DNA of 64,000 nt from an uncultured Clostridia bacterium. Its GTDB lineage: Bacteria > Bacillota > Clostridia > Christensenellales > UBA1242. The stretch covers positions 964-64,963 of the forward strand of contig CALWDZ010000006.1 in assembly GCA_944376845.1 (NCBI GenBank), written 5' to 3'. Positions 1-12,100 of the stretch are shown here, one piece after another (position 1 is the stretch's first letter; each line of letters begins with the position of its first letter). The notes below the pieces were generated by a model, which saw only the letters and a program-made list of their open reading frames with translations, made no database searches and was not told the origin of the DNA. A program made the position numbers and the translations under genes.

Positions 1-41
1 TTTGCCGTGACTCTAAGGAAGAAATCCATCGGATTTCTTGG
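1..41 (-). repeat. Partial, inverse-oriented copy of an interspersed repeat module (AAGAAATCC-N4-GGATTTCTT hairpin plus ..AGAGTCACGGCA)
   Basis: The reverse complement of 1-41 matches 15989-16028 with a few mismatches and contains the hairpin aagaaatcc/ggatttctt. Confidence 0.6.
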
Positions 42-365
42 TTCTAAGGTTATTTAAATCTGCTTTGTTCTGCTCTCCTCGTAATATGGTCATTGCCAGA
101 ATTTGTAAATAATAATTTCTTTTTTTTGTTTTCAACACGAGCGGTGCTTGTGTTATTGTATAAGAAAATCTCGAGACTATCTCGGGGTTCAAAAGAGAAT
201 AATACATTTCATTGTAATTATTTGACAATTAAAATCTAATATGAAATAATAAAAAAAATTTAAAGTTATTGATTGTACATAATACAAAGTTAAAGTTAGA
301 CTTGTAAAGGAAATTTATAAAAATTACCACAACATAATTTATAATATAGGAGTGATGTAAATAGA

Positions 366-836
366 ATGGAAACAAATTATAAAATTAAAAGAATTACATG
401 GGAAGATTATGATAAACTTACAGATATTTTAGTAAAAAAATTAAGAAATATAAAAGTAGATGTCGTTTGTCCAATTTTAAGAGGAGGAGCCGTTATCGGA
501 TTATCTATTGCAAATTACTTTAGGTTGCCAACAGTATATATGAGAATTAAAAGAAGCTTAAGTAACGAACCAAATAGTGACTTTGGGAATCCTAAAATTA
601 TTATAAAGCCCTCAGACCAACTTGATTTAAAAGATAAAACTATTTTAATATGTGAAGACATAATAGATACCGAACAAACAATAAATGTAGCTATAAACTT
701 GTGTAAACAGTGTTCGCCGAAAAATATTTATGTAGCCACATTATATAATTTCAGTAAAAATAAATCGTATATTACAGGAAAACATATGAATAATCATGTT
801 TGGATAGAATTTCCTTGGGAAAGAACAGATAAATAA
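366..836 (+). CDS. Type I phosphoribosyltransferase family protein
   Basis: 156-aa ORF. The PRPP-binding loop 'ILICEDIIDTEQT' (hydrophobic run, acidic pair, T-x-x-T) is typical of type I PRTases. Confidence 0.7.
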   Translation: METNYKIKRITWEDYDKLTDILVKKLRNIKVDVVCPILRGGAVIGLSIANYFRLPTVYMRIKRSLSNEPNSDFGNPKIIIKPSDQLDLKDKTILICEDIIDTEQTINVAINLCKQCSPKNIYVATLYNFSKNKSYITGKHMNNHVWIEFPWERTDK

Positions 837-970
837 GATAATATGTTTAAAAATATCTTTATTTACAAAAATAAATTAAATAAACAATTGTTTCCATTTC
901 AGTATTAATATTGCGTATTAGTTATAATATAAAGAATTGGAGCAACTGATATTGCACTTTTAAAACATAA

Positions 971-1005
971 AAAATATCCAAAACTATAAGTTTTGGATAT
1001 TTTTT
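971..1005. terminator. Bidirectional rho-independent terminator
   Basis: Perfect 14-bp hairpin aaaatatccaaaac / gttttggatatttt (971-984 / 990-1003) flanked by A- and T-runs. It lies just downstream of the - strand ORF ending at 1014. Confidence 0.7.
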
Positions 1006-1013
1006 ATCGCTAT

Positions 1014-1259
1014 TTAGCAAAAGAATTTTGGTCTGCCCATAAAGATTGTGCAGATAAGGTCAAGAAGCCAGCAAATTACTGAACCAGGGATGATCCACAA
1101 AATACCAAACACAAGGGTGAGTACTTTGCCACCTGTTGCGCCCTTAACGATACGATAAATTGCCCAAACGATGTCAAGAACTGGTAAGCAAAGGATAAGT
1201 TTAACTATCCAAGGCAAATTGTCCATCGCTGCAACAAAACCGTTTTTATTTCTTGCCAT
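1014..1259 (-). CDS. Small integral membrane protein (two predicted TM helices), function unknown
   Basis: 81-aa ORF with two hydrophobic segments (WIVKLILCLPVLDIVWAIY; LTLVFGILWIIPGSVICWLLDLICTIF). GGAGGA RBS upstream and a terminator downstream. Confidence 0.5.
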   Translation of the reverse strand: MARNKNGFVAAMDNLPWIVKLILCLPVLDIVWAIYRIVKGATGGKVLTLVFGILWIIPGSVICWLLDLICTIFMGRPKFFC

Positions 1260-1401
1260 ATTGTCCTCCTATTTACAATTATACACATTTGTAGAAATTT
1301 ATCAAATAAATTCGACATTTAATTGATTTTGTCCAAAATAAACTCACAAAGTTTAGTTTACAATCTAATTATACTATTATATAATCTAATTTAGAACCAA
1401 A

Positions 1402-2259
1402 ATGAAAAAATTTGAACTTGTGGCGGATAAAAAAGTCCGATTATTAAAATTTTTGCAAGATAATGTTAATGGATATACTTATTCAAATTTTTCCCGAGCC
1501 CTTAGACAAAAAGATGTTAAAGTGGACGGCAAACGTACAAGTGAAAATATTATATTGCAAGGTGGCGAGAAAGTTGAAATATACTTGCCAGAGCCTAAAA
1601 ATGCCCTAAATATATACTATGAAGATGAAAATATTCTAGTTTTTAATAAACCTAAAAAAATCGAAGTTGTGGACGGAGAGTATAATCTTTGTGATGAGTA
1701 TTTTAAACGATTTGGTAAAAAAATTTATGCTGTTCACAGACTTGACCTTAACACAGAGGGGTTAGTTGTTTTTGCAAAGAACGAAGAAATTTTAAATATA
1801 CTAATTTCAGAATTTAAAAAACAACATGTAAAAAAATATTATCTTGCTGTGGTTTCTGGAGAGCCACAGCAGTGTGATGAATTTGTGGACTATCTAGTAA
1901 AATATGAAAGTTTTGTTAAAATTTATTATAAAAATATAAAAAATTCGCAAAAAATTATAACAAAATATAAATTATTGAAAAAAAATGATGTAATTTCTCT
2001 TTTGGAAGTGGAAATTGAAAATGGGAAAATGCATCAAATAAGGGCACATTTATCCTATCATAAATTACCTATTTTAGGGGATGAAAAATATGGTGACACA
2101 AAAATAAATAAATTATATAAACAAAAATCTCAATGTCTTATGGCATATAAAATTAAATTTTCTATTGAAAACAATAAACTTAAATATTTAAATAATATCA
2201 AGTTTGAAGTTGATGATTTTTCACACTTTTTAAATTTTTTTCATAATAAAGGTGTGTGA
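1402..2259 (+). CDS. RluA-family 23S rRNA/tRNA pseudouridine synthase with N-terminal S4-like domain
   Basis: 285 aa. The catalytic motif 'HRLDLNTEGLVVFAK' (HRLD..TSG-like), 'HQIRAHL' and an S4-like N-terminus are the standard RluA/RluD architecture. Confidence 0.85.
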   Translation: MKKFELVADKKVRLLKFLQDNVNGYTYSNFSRALRQKDVKVDGKRTSENIILQGGEKVEIYLPEPKNALNIYYEDENILVFNKPKKIEVVDGEYNLCDEYFKRFGKKIYAVHRLDLNTEGLVVFAKNEEILNILISEFKKQHVKKYYLAVVSGEPQQCDEFVDYLVKYESFVKIYYKNIKNSQKIITKYKLLKKNDVISLLEVEIENGKMHQIRAHLSYHKLPILGDEKYGDTKINKLYKQKSQCLMAYKIKFSIENNKLKYLNNIKFEVDDFSHFLNFFHNKGV

Positions 2260-2690
2260 ACAATTTTAAAATTTCACTGTTAAAAGATGCATATTGTGGA
2301 GAAACTAGCGAAATGTTTTGCATTTTGCAAATGTCTTATTTTGCCTACACCGCAAGTGGACTAGGTAGTGATTTTGCAGAAATTTTTTTAAATATTGTGG
2401 AAGATGAAGAAAGACATCAAAAAATTCTTGGAAAATTTATTGTCGAGCAGGGTGGAGATTTGGAATTTGATGTCGAAAATTTTAAACATTTGTATTTTAC
2501 AAAAAATATAAAAAATATGCTTGAAAAAGCAATAGATTTAAAAGAAAAATGCATAATAAATTATAAATTATTACTAACAAAAATTTTAGATGTACATACT
2601 AAAAATATAACAAAAAATATTGTCGCCGATGAACAAAAACACATACTTTGGCTTAGGGATGCACTAGAAAAATATACAAAAAATCATTGA
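2256..2690 (+). CDS. Ferritin-like / rubrerythrin-superfamily four-helix-bundle protein
   Basis: 144 aa. Two E-x-x-H metal-site motifs (EDEERHQ, ADEQKH) are spaced as in ferritin-like di-iron proteins. The GTG start overlaps the stop of the upstream gene. Confidence 0.5.
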   Translation: MNNFKISLLKDAYCGETSEMFCILQMSYFAYTASGLGSDFAEIFLNIVEDEERHQKILGKFIVEQGGDLEFDVENFKHLYFTKNIKNMLEKAIDLKEKCIINYKLLLTKILDVHTKNITKNIVADEQKHILWLRDALEKYTKNH

Positions 2691-3075
2691 GATTTTTCGC
2701 TAAATTTATAGTCTTTTTGTTATTCTGAGACACCACAAGGTGTTGCGAGAATCTCTAAGTGGAAGAGATGCTCCCCTTCCTTAAATATTTCAGAGTGTAG
2801 GACAAATAAATCAGATTGCCGAAAAACAAGTGAGGCGAGGCTCGCAAAATGCACAAAAGCAGGAGTTTAGTGACCTAAATGACTTCGTCGAAACTCTCGC
2901 TTTATGGCTTAAAATTGCCAAATTGGCAATTTTTATTGCCTTTGCACTCGGTTTCTCCTCTCCCCAAAAAGTTTCCATAGGTACTTTTTGGGGCACCCCT
3001 GAATAGCGTTTTGCAGTAAACGAAGCAAGAAAAAATTTCTTATTTTTTTCGTTCACGCAGTTTTTCGACAGTCTG
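2691..3075 (+). repeat. Intergenic mosaic repeat cluster (A-type unit 2719-2755; ~105-bp D-type unit 2905-3010)
   Basis: gttattctgag..gcgagaatctc matches the A-type family. 2905-3010 aligns with 16046-16150, including the hairpin ccccaaaaagt/actttttgggg (2962-2972 / 2983-2993). Confidence 0.8.
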
Positions 3076-3164
3076 AAATATTTATATATAAATATTTTTC
3101 TTTATTTCATTTGATAAAAATACTCTATTAGTGTTAAAATAAATCGAAAAGTGTAGGAGAAATT

Positions 3165-6100
3165 ATGAAAAAAATAACTTCATACATATTATCGATTTTT
3201 TGTATTTTCACAATGGTGGCATTTTTTGCATGTGGTGAAGAACATAATTTAAAATTGGAGCAAAACTATATTGAAATGTCAATCGGTGACGATTTTGACA
3301 TTTCTTCTATTTTAACGCTTGAAAATATAAATCAAGACGAAGTTTCGTTTCGAGCATTCGACCAAAATGTTGTAACGGTAGAAGACGGAGAGATAACAGC
3401 GGTTGGTGCAGGCACAACTTTTGTTGAAATATCTTGGGAAAATTTGGTGGACAACCTAGAAGTTAAAGTTCTTGGTGAGCCACTAACATTACCGCTTGTA
3501 AGCGGACTTGACTATGATACTCAGAGTGGACAAGTTGTTTGGAACAATGTTTTAGTAAATCAAGGTGGGCAGACCACAATTGCAAACTCCTACACAGTAC
3601 AAATCACAGATAAGCAGGGACAAGCAACAGAAGAAATTGTGTATACAAATTCTTTTGCATTTAACCGGGTTGGAGAATTTTCAATTTCAGTAAAAGCAAA
3701 TGACAATATTCAAAATGGAAATGTTGTTTATTATGGTTCAGAGTATTGCCAGCCAATAAAGGTAAATATTTTAAGTGCACCTTTTAACATAACCTATGAT
3801 GATGAAACAAACACGCTTTCTTGGGATGCCGATGAAAGCATAACAAACTTTAAAGTTATTGTTAACGGACTTTCAAGTGGCATTATATCCACAAATAGTT
3901 ATGTTGTTGACTTGACATCCACAAGTGATGACGCACAAACGATATATAACATACAAGTGCTTAGTACACTATCAACTTCTGAAGAAGATGTTATTTTGGT
4001 TGAAGGTCAAAGTGAGATTAGCACTTTCACAAGACTTTACTCACCAGCACTTTCCATTACAAATGGCTATATAACTTGGGAAAATAATCAAAGTGGAGAT
4101 TTCCACTATGAACTAAGTTATCAAAGTGCTAACGGTACAAATGGCACCGTAACCGTTACCGGCGGGAGATATGAACTTGCAAACATTCCAGCGGGCTTAT
4201 ACACACTTTCACTTAGTGTTGTTGCAAACGGAACGAATTATTTAACAAGTCAAACACCAAGTACACTTTCTGGGGTTGAAAAACTTGCAATTCCTGTACT
4301 TTTATTTGATTACACACAGCGTACTTTAAGTGTTACTGATTATGAGAACAAAGATATACAACTAGAGATTACATATGGTACAGAAACACAAAACATAACA
4401 CTTGAAAATGGCAAGTATGTATTATCTGATTTGCGTGCGGGGACATATACTGTTGTTGCTCGTTCACTAGCGGGTGAGAGTGAACTTGAACTTTCAAGTG
4501 ATTTATCTAATCAATTGACGATTATTCAACTTCCACAAGTTGATTTAGCAAATATAACTCAAAGTGTAGTTGAAGGTAAATATGTTGTAAATTTTGAAAA
4601 ACAAGAAGATTTAACATATACCTTGACATATTTTGACGGAGAAAACACATTTGATTTAAATTTTGACGGCGAAGGCTATGGCAATGTAGATGAAATTTTT
4701 GATGAAGCAAAAGAGTATACAATTACAATTACTACGTCAAAAGAAAATTCAGTACAAGGCACATACTATTTACCATCACAAACAAATATATATCTTGAAA
4801 GGCAGCCTGATGTAGTTTTAAGCGATAACAAGCATTCAAACAATTCTCACACTATAAGTTGGGATGCACAAAATTACGCTAGCGGATATAGTTATATAGT
4901 TACAAAAAACGGCGAACCATTTTATCAAGGTCAAACCAATTTAACATCACTTGACCTACAAAACCTTGAATATGGGCATTATAAAGTGTGTGTCAAAGCA
5001 CTTGGTGGCGATGTCGCAGGGAAATTATATCTTGATAGTTTAAATTATGGCGAATGCAGTTTTGATGTGACTTTACCACTTTCTGCTCCAGAGATTGAGT
5101 TTGATAGAGATAGTTTAACTGCTACAATTTCAAAAGTTGAAAATGCCACAAAATATCTTGTCACCTTAAATGAAGAAGAAATAGAATTTGTTGACAATGG
5201 TGAAACGCTTAGTTTGGACCTTTCAGAAAATTTGGCACTTGCGGGCTCATATGTTTTAAGTGTCACTGCACAAAATGAAGATGAACTGATTTTAGATAGT
5301 GCAGTTAGCACAATCACAATTGTTAAGCACATTGCTCCAAATAATTTCAACATTTCTCAAAGCGGAATAATTAGTATAAATACAGATGTGCCAGCAGAAC
5401 AACTATCGCAGGAAAAGTTTGAGATAAAAATTGGCGATGAAATAACAAATCAAATTGGAAATTTAGGCGAGTATAAAGTAGAAGGCAAACTGGTTGCCAC
5501 AGAACAAATAATAGACAACACATACTATCTTGATAGTGATTATAGCACATTCACGGTACAAAGAGTTCAAACTCCAGACAAACCAGTGCTTGACGAAACT
5601 ATACTTTCATGGCAAGGCATTGATTTACCAAACTTTGAATATTTAGTTTTGTTATACCAAAACGAAAATGTGGCAAGAATTCGTCTAAACACAACCACTC
5701 TTGATGTTCTCAGCGAACTTGTTTCTGGAAATCAAATTGACGCAGCACAAGACTTTAATGCAACCATTACTTATCAATTTACTGGCGCTGATGTTGTAGT
5801 AAATTCAGATACAATTGTGTACTTTACAAGTAGCGAAAGTGAAGCAACAACAGTACATAAAATAAAAAGTGATTTGGCTATGACGGTTTCGGAAAGTGAC
5901 GGAATTGTAACGGCAACTTGGGAAGCAAGCGAAACACCAGATGTCACATACGAACTTACAATTGACGATGATGTAGTTACAACTCAAAATACAACATCTT
6001 TTGGTATTACCACTTATGTTGCTCAGGCAGGGACTTACACACTTAGATTAAAAATAAGTAAACTAGGATACATCTCATCAGAATACATTCAAATTTATGT

Positions 6101-9100
6101 AACAAGACTTGAAAGCGTTGATGAAATTGCTATTGATGAAGATGAAAATGTTGAAGCCATAACAGATTATCAAGTTGACAATGAACTTCAAAATATTCAA
6201 ATTAGAGTAAATGATGAAGATATAACAAATTTATTTGAATTGTCAGGTAAGTTTGATGTTAAAGTTAAACTTATTGCAAAAGTATACAAAAGTGGAGAAA
6301 GATACTTTCTTGACAGTGCTGAAACCACATTTAGTTTTGAAAGAATAAATACTCTTAACACTCCTATGATAGATGAAAGTGGACTTATGTCTTTTGACAG
6401 TGTTAGAGAAATTGAAAGTTATATGCTGAAAATTGCCGCGCAGGACTTAGAGCAAGTTTATGAAACGGCACTTAGCCAAGTTTACATTGATAGCGAAGAT
6501 ATACTCACAATCATTGAAGCACTTGGTGGTTATGATTTCACTGCTAGTGTAAAGGCATATGTTGGAGAGTTTACTATTTCAGCAGGCGAAAGTCATTTCT
6601 TGTCATCATACTATAGTGATACTGTAGATTTCCATAAACTTTATTCGCCACAAAATGTAAAAGTTGTATCAAATGATAGTTCAGATTTCACGCAAGCAGA
6701 AATAAAAGTTTCTTGGGACTATGATTTTGAAAATGCTGATGTTTATGGCTTTAAAATTGATGTTGTAATGGGTGCATCTACAAACTCTTATGAAAGCGTT
6801 AGACAAAGTACTGAGTATATAATTTCAAACGCTCTTCTTAGCGGAGATTATTATGTAGTTATAACAGCACTTGGTCAAAATAACTACATTGATAGCATAG
6901 GCGTGCAATCTCAAACTTTCACACGTCTTAATGCACCACAGAGTTTAGCAATTTCACAAAATGCCGTACTTACATTTATGGGAGCAAATAATGCAAGCGG
7001 ATATGTAATCACTTATACAAACAATGCGGGAGTATCAGGGCAAGTAGAAAGCAGTTCAACAACTGTTGATTTGTCACAGAAACTATACGCAAATGCATTT
7101 AGTGGAAACATTAGTATAAATGTATATGCCAAAGGCAATGGCACATCAACATTTACAAGTCCAAGTAGCCAAACACTTACAGTAACAAAGGCTAAAGAAG
7201 GCGAAATTACTCTTTACACAGATAAACTTGTTGCTGGCTCAACTACAGCCGATACACAAAACTTTGATTATTTAATTACCATAACGCAAAATAATAGAAT
7301 AGTTAAAGAGTTAATTTTAAACTATAGTGATGAATACATATTTGAAGATTTTGCATATCAAGACAACAATCAAAAAGTCAATACAAACATTGATATGGAC
7401 TATGTTGTCACCGTCACAAGAAGATTGAATGATGTAAACTATATATTAAGTGATGAAACAACATATACATTCACAAAACTCGGAAGTGTGCAAAACTTAG
7501 GATTTTTAAAACTTGAAGAAGGCGAAGATGCAACTATATATTTCCGTGCAAACTCAGTCACAAATGCAACAGGCTACTTATTAAAAGTTGGCGATAATGA
7601 AATAACAGATTTGGTTTTCGACAACCAAAATGGATATATTCGTGTTGCAATTACAAATGACATATATACACTTCTTGGCAGCAACTTTACCTTTGAAATT
7701 TATGCAAAAGGTTTAATTGACCAAACGGGCAGCGGTGTAAACTATGTAAATAGTTCTATTACATCCATTTCAGGAACAGTGCTCCCACAGGTTACTGGTT
7801 TTATGGTATCAAATGGCGTACTTGTATGGGATAAAGTTGATGAAGCATTTGACTATGCATTAAATATTGATGGCGAAACCATTTTAACAGATTATGTAAA
7901 TAATGGCGTACACACCTTGACAGAAGACCTTTATGGCAAAAGCGGTGATTTTAAGCTAAACATTAAAGCACTGGGCAATGTTGAAACATCTTTGGTTAGT
8001 CAAAATGTTGTTTTAGACTCACTTTATACAGAAAATTTGGTTTGTTCAAAACTTGAAACAATAAACAATCTTGCCGTGACTAATGGATACATATCTTTCT
8101 CAAAACTTCAAGGTGAAAGTGTGTCATATCAAGGACTTATTAGTGGCAACATATATGACCTTACAGAACAGATGTTAGATGATAATCAACAGGCATTTTC
8201 AACATTCTATAGTGAAGAGATGTATAACTACTTTTCTGACAATGACGTTTATACACTTACAGTTAGGGCGGTTACAGACTTAGATAATGTACTATACAGT
8301 GATCAAAGTTCTTCTATCAAAGTAAAACTTTTGAACAACGATACGGTTGGAAGTTTAAAAGTTACTTTAAAGAAATTAAATAATACATATGACTATACAC
8401 AAAGTTATTTAACTTGGACAGATACACAAACAGCGGAGTTTGGTTATAATCTTCAAATTGACGACACATATCGACCAGTATTCACAACAGAATATCAACT
8501 TGACACCGAAGATGAACCACTTTCAGCAGGTACACATACGGCAAGGATATCTGTTATGGGAAGTGGAGAAGTTGACTCGGATGGAGTTTACAGTTTAAAT
8601 TCAAAACCAGCAGAAGTACTTACATTTACAAAACTTGACACACCAACACCAAGTTTGACAGACGGTCTTTTGTCTTGGGCAACAGTTGGTGGTGCAGGCG
8701 GATATCTATTATACCTAGATGGCAATTTGATTGTTGAAAGTCCGGTTACAAGCGGAAACACCTATAAGTTATCTCCAAAAGACCAAAATGACAACATAAC
8801 ATATGATAGATATGAGGTTCAAGCAGTACCAAGTGCTAACACAAACTATATTGCAAGTACAAAAGGTGTATACACCAATGAGGACGGCACAGATAAGCAA
8901 GTTACACAACTTAGTCCACCAGATATGTTTAGAATACAAGATGGTGCACTAACGTGGGATATAAATCTCGATACTTTTGGCGGACTTGGAGGAATATTAG
9001 GTGGGACAATAAAGGACTTTCTAGATGGAACTGGAACACTTAAATCGCCATTTACCGTAAGTATGGAGAGTTTACAAGATAACCTTCGTGATAGAATAAC

Positions 9101-12100
9101 ACTTAGATTAAGCGGTTCCAGCGGTGTATATGAATATATAGATAGAGCGGCATATTATTGTCTTTTAGATGAAGGACTTTTAACATATATACCTCAAAAT
9201 GTACAAGATATGCTTACTTTCTATGGCTGGCCAAGTTTAAACAACAACTACACAGACTTTGGTTCAGATATTCCAGCGGGACTATATAGTTTATCAATTA
9301 ACCAACTTGGAAATAGTGATGACCAACTTACATCTAATTTTGGTGGAACAAAACAAGTATATATTCCTTATGCACCTGTTGTTAAACTTGTTTACACAGA
9401 CAACAGTTATGTGCTTAGGTGGGATAAAATTACAATTCCAGCAGATTACTATTCAGACGAAGTTAAATACATTGTTTATGGTATCAAAGAAACCATAAAT
9501 GAGTATGAAGAAACTGTAATTGAAAGAGTAATGCTAACAGATGCAGCCGGCATTACAGCAACACAGTTTAATCTTACAGAACTTATACAAGATGGTACAA
9601 TTGACGAAAGTTTTACAAGTTTTGCAGTATATGTTCGTGGCGATAACAATATGGTTTTAAATGGAAAAGTTTCAAACTTTATAACCGTTAGCGTTCTTGA
9701 TGAAACAACAGCATATGTAAGAAATGGTGAACTTTATTGGAATCCACAACAAAGTGCTTCGTCCTATATCGTCACTTATGAAGAAGCGGGGACAGGTACA
9801 TCAAATCAAGTTGTGCTAACCGAAGCATATTGGGATACAAGTGAACTTTCAAGTGATGTTTCTTATTATAATATTTACATCCAAGCCACAGGAGATAGAA
9901 ACCCCGACGGTTCGACAACAAATGTGGTTCTCACTGGTCCAAAGACATTGGTTGGACAACTTACAAAACTTGTTTCACCAAGTCCAGTGGTTGAAAATGG
10001 TATATTCTATTGGGATAATATTGACAACAGCACCTCATACAATGTTTACATTACTCCACAAGATTCCGCTCAAAATATTGTATCAGTGTCAAATGCAGTT
10101 GATGAAAACAATAGAATAAGTTATCAGTCTATAACCTTAGGGCAAAATGTTGAATATACATTCAAGGCAATGGGTGATTTAGACGTTCAACTTTCAGACG
10201 GTGTAACCGCTTATGTAAATTCAGCAGAAAGTGACATAATTTATGCAACACTAGTACCAAGTGTTCAAGATGTGGTTGCAACAAGTGGTGAACTTGTTTG
10301 GGATAAAGTTACAAATTATAACAATGCACTTATAAAGTTTTATCGTGTTGTGCTTCAAAAGATTGATAACAATGGTACACCACTTGACAGTGAAATTATC
10401 TTGACAGGTGATTATACAAGCACAAGCGGTCAGGCGGTTTATAGTTGCTCGGGTCTTGATGCAGGAAGATATCAAGTTGAGGTTTCTGGTTACTTTACTA
10501 CAAGTGACAATTTAGGGAAATATGAGTATAATGGTGAAACTGCCTATTACTTAATGGGTGCTCCAAGCAGTGTTTATACTTTTGAGAAGTATGAAACTGT
10601 TGTAGGTTATGATGAGTCCGGTCTTGTAGACAACATAGTCATTCGTGACGGCGTACTATCTTGGACTTATGGTGGCAACATTGAGAATAGAAATTATGAC
10701 TATGAACTTAGGTTCACCACACCAACAAATGTATTCTCAATTGTAATTGATGAAGAAACTTATTCTGGAGCAATTGTTAATGCACTTGTAGTGCCTGGAA
10801 CAATTGAACTTGAAATAAGAGTGGTTGCAAGAGAAGGACTTGAAGGTCAAGGCTATGTAAATTCTGAATATTTACAGTTTGTAAATGTAAATCACAGCGA
10901 TTCACCTTATATCTATCAACTTGACGGAATTCAAGATAATCAAATTAGGCTTGGAACAGTAGGAGAAAGCGAAGACCTTCATATCATTTGGGATAGTTAT
11001 ACTGCTACTTCAAATTCAAATATTGCCGACATAGATGTTCAGTATTTGGTGACATACTACACCAGCCTAGACACAACACCACGCACTAAAATTATAGATA
11101 CACCTTACATAAGCACAACAGAATTTAACTATTCAATAAATGAGTCATACACACTTTATTATACAATAACTGTACTTCCACTTGGAGATGAAAGTTATGT
11201 TGCATCTTATCCTTCATCTGTTCGTGAAATACAAAAACCCGAATCAGTTGCAGAAGTTACATACAATGCTACAGAAATGTACTTTACATGGCCAACTGAG
11301 GGTACATCTACAGACCACGTATTTAGAATAAAAGATGAAGTGCTTGCAGTTGATGAAGATGGGGATATTATCTATCAAAATGGTGAACCTGTTGTACTTA
11401 GAACATATTTATTCACAACATCAGATAACACGACAAATAGATATTATCCAGTTGAAATGGGCGCACATAAAGTGTCAGTTGCTGTTGTTGTTAAAAATAG
11501 TACGGGCATTGACGGCAGTTTGACATCAGATTATACTTACTACTACGACCCAGTACTTGAACCAGACAATGAACTTGTTGGTACAGCGGTTACAATCAAC
11601 TTATTCAAAGTCACAGCAACATCAGTTGATGTATATGGCGGAATGGGAACAAGTGATAACCCATATTTAATAGAAACATCTCAGCATTTTGCAAATATTA
11701 TGTACAGGCTTAACAAACCTGAGTATGAAAATAGTTATACACTTACAGTAAACGACTCAGATACACATGTAACATTGACTGATGAAGATAGATATTTCCA
11801 TTTCAAACAAATTGCTGACCTTGCAGGTGTTGCACCACTTGGAGCGAATGAAATAATTGAATTTACAGCAATTTATGATGGTGATATGCATTCAATCACA
11901 TGGGAATACGATTTAAGAAATATTTCCACATCACAGTCTATGCGTCAATATGTTGCATTGTTTGGGAATATAGCAGAGCAGTCTGCGGTAAGAAATCTTA
12001 GAGTTTATGTAGACCTTGTAACACAAATGGTTACTGGTTCTACTGTATCGCTTGTAGCGTTTGAAAACTACGGAACTATCGACAATATAGTTTTGGGAGC

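Noticed and set aside
13-228. 71-aa - strand ORF at the window start
   Set aside because: It has no RBS and a low-complexity, Y/N-rich translation. It overlaps a copy of the interspersed repeat (1-41) and several small hairpins, so it is more likely non-coding. I also looked for a purine riboswitch upstream of the PRTase gene and saw no match to the conserved core.
2811-3056. 81-aa - strand ORF; similar ORFs at 28057-28299 (+), 37577-37774 (-) and 38358-38561 (+)
   Set aside because: All lie entirely inside the GC-richer interspersed repeat clusters, and 38358-38561 also covers tRNA-Val. Their open frames are by-products of repeat composition, and they have no RBSs.
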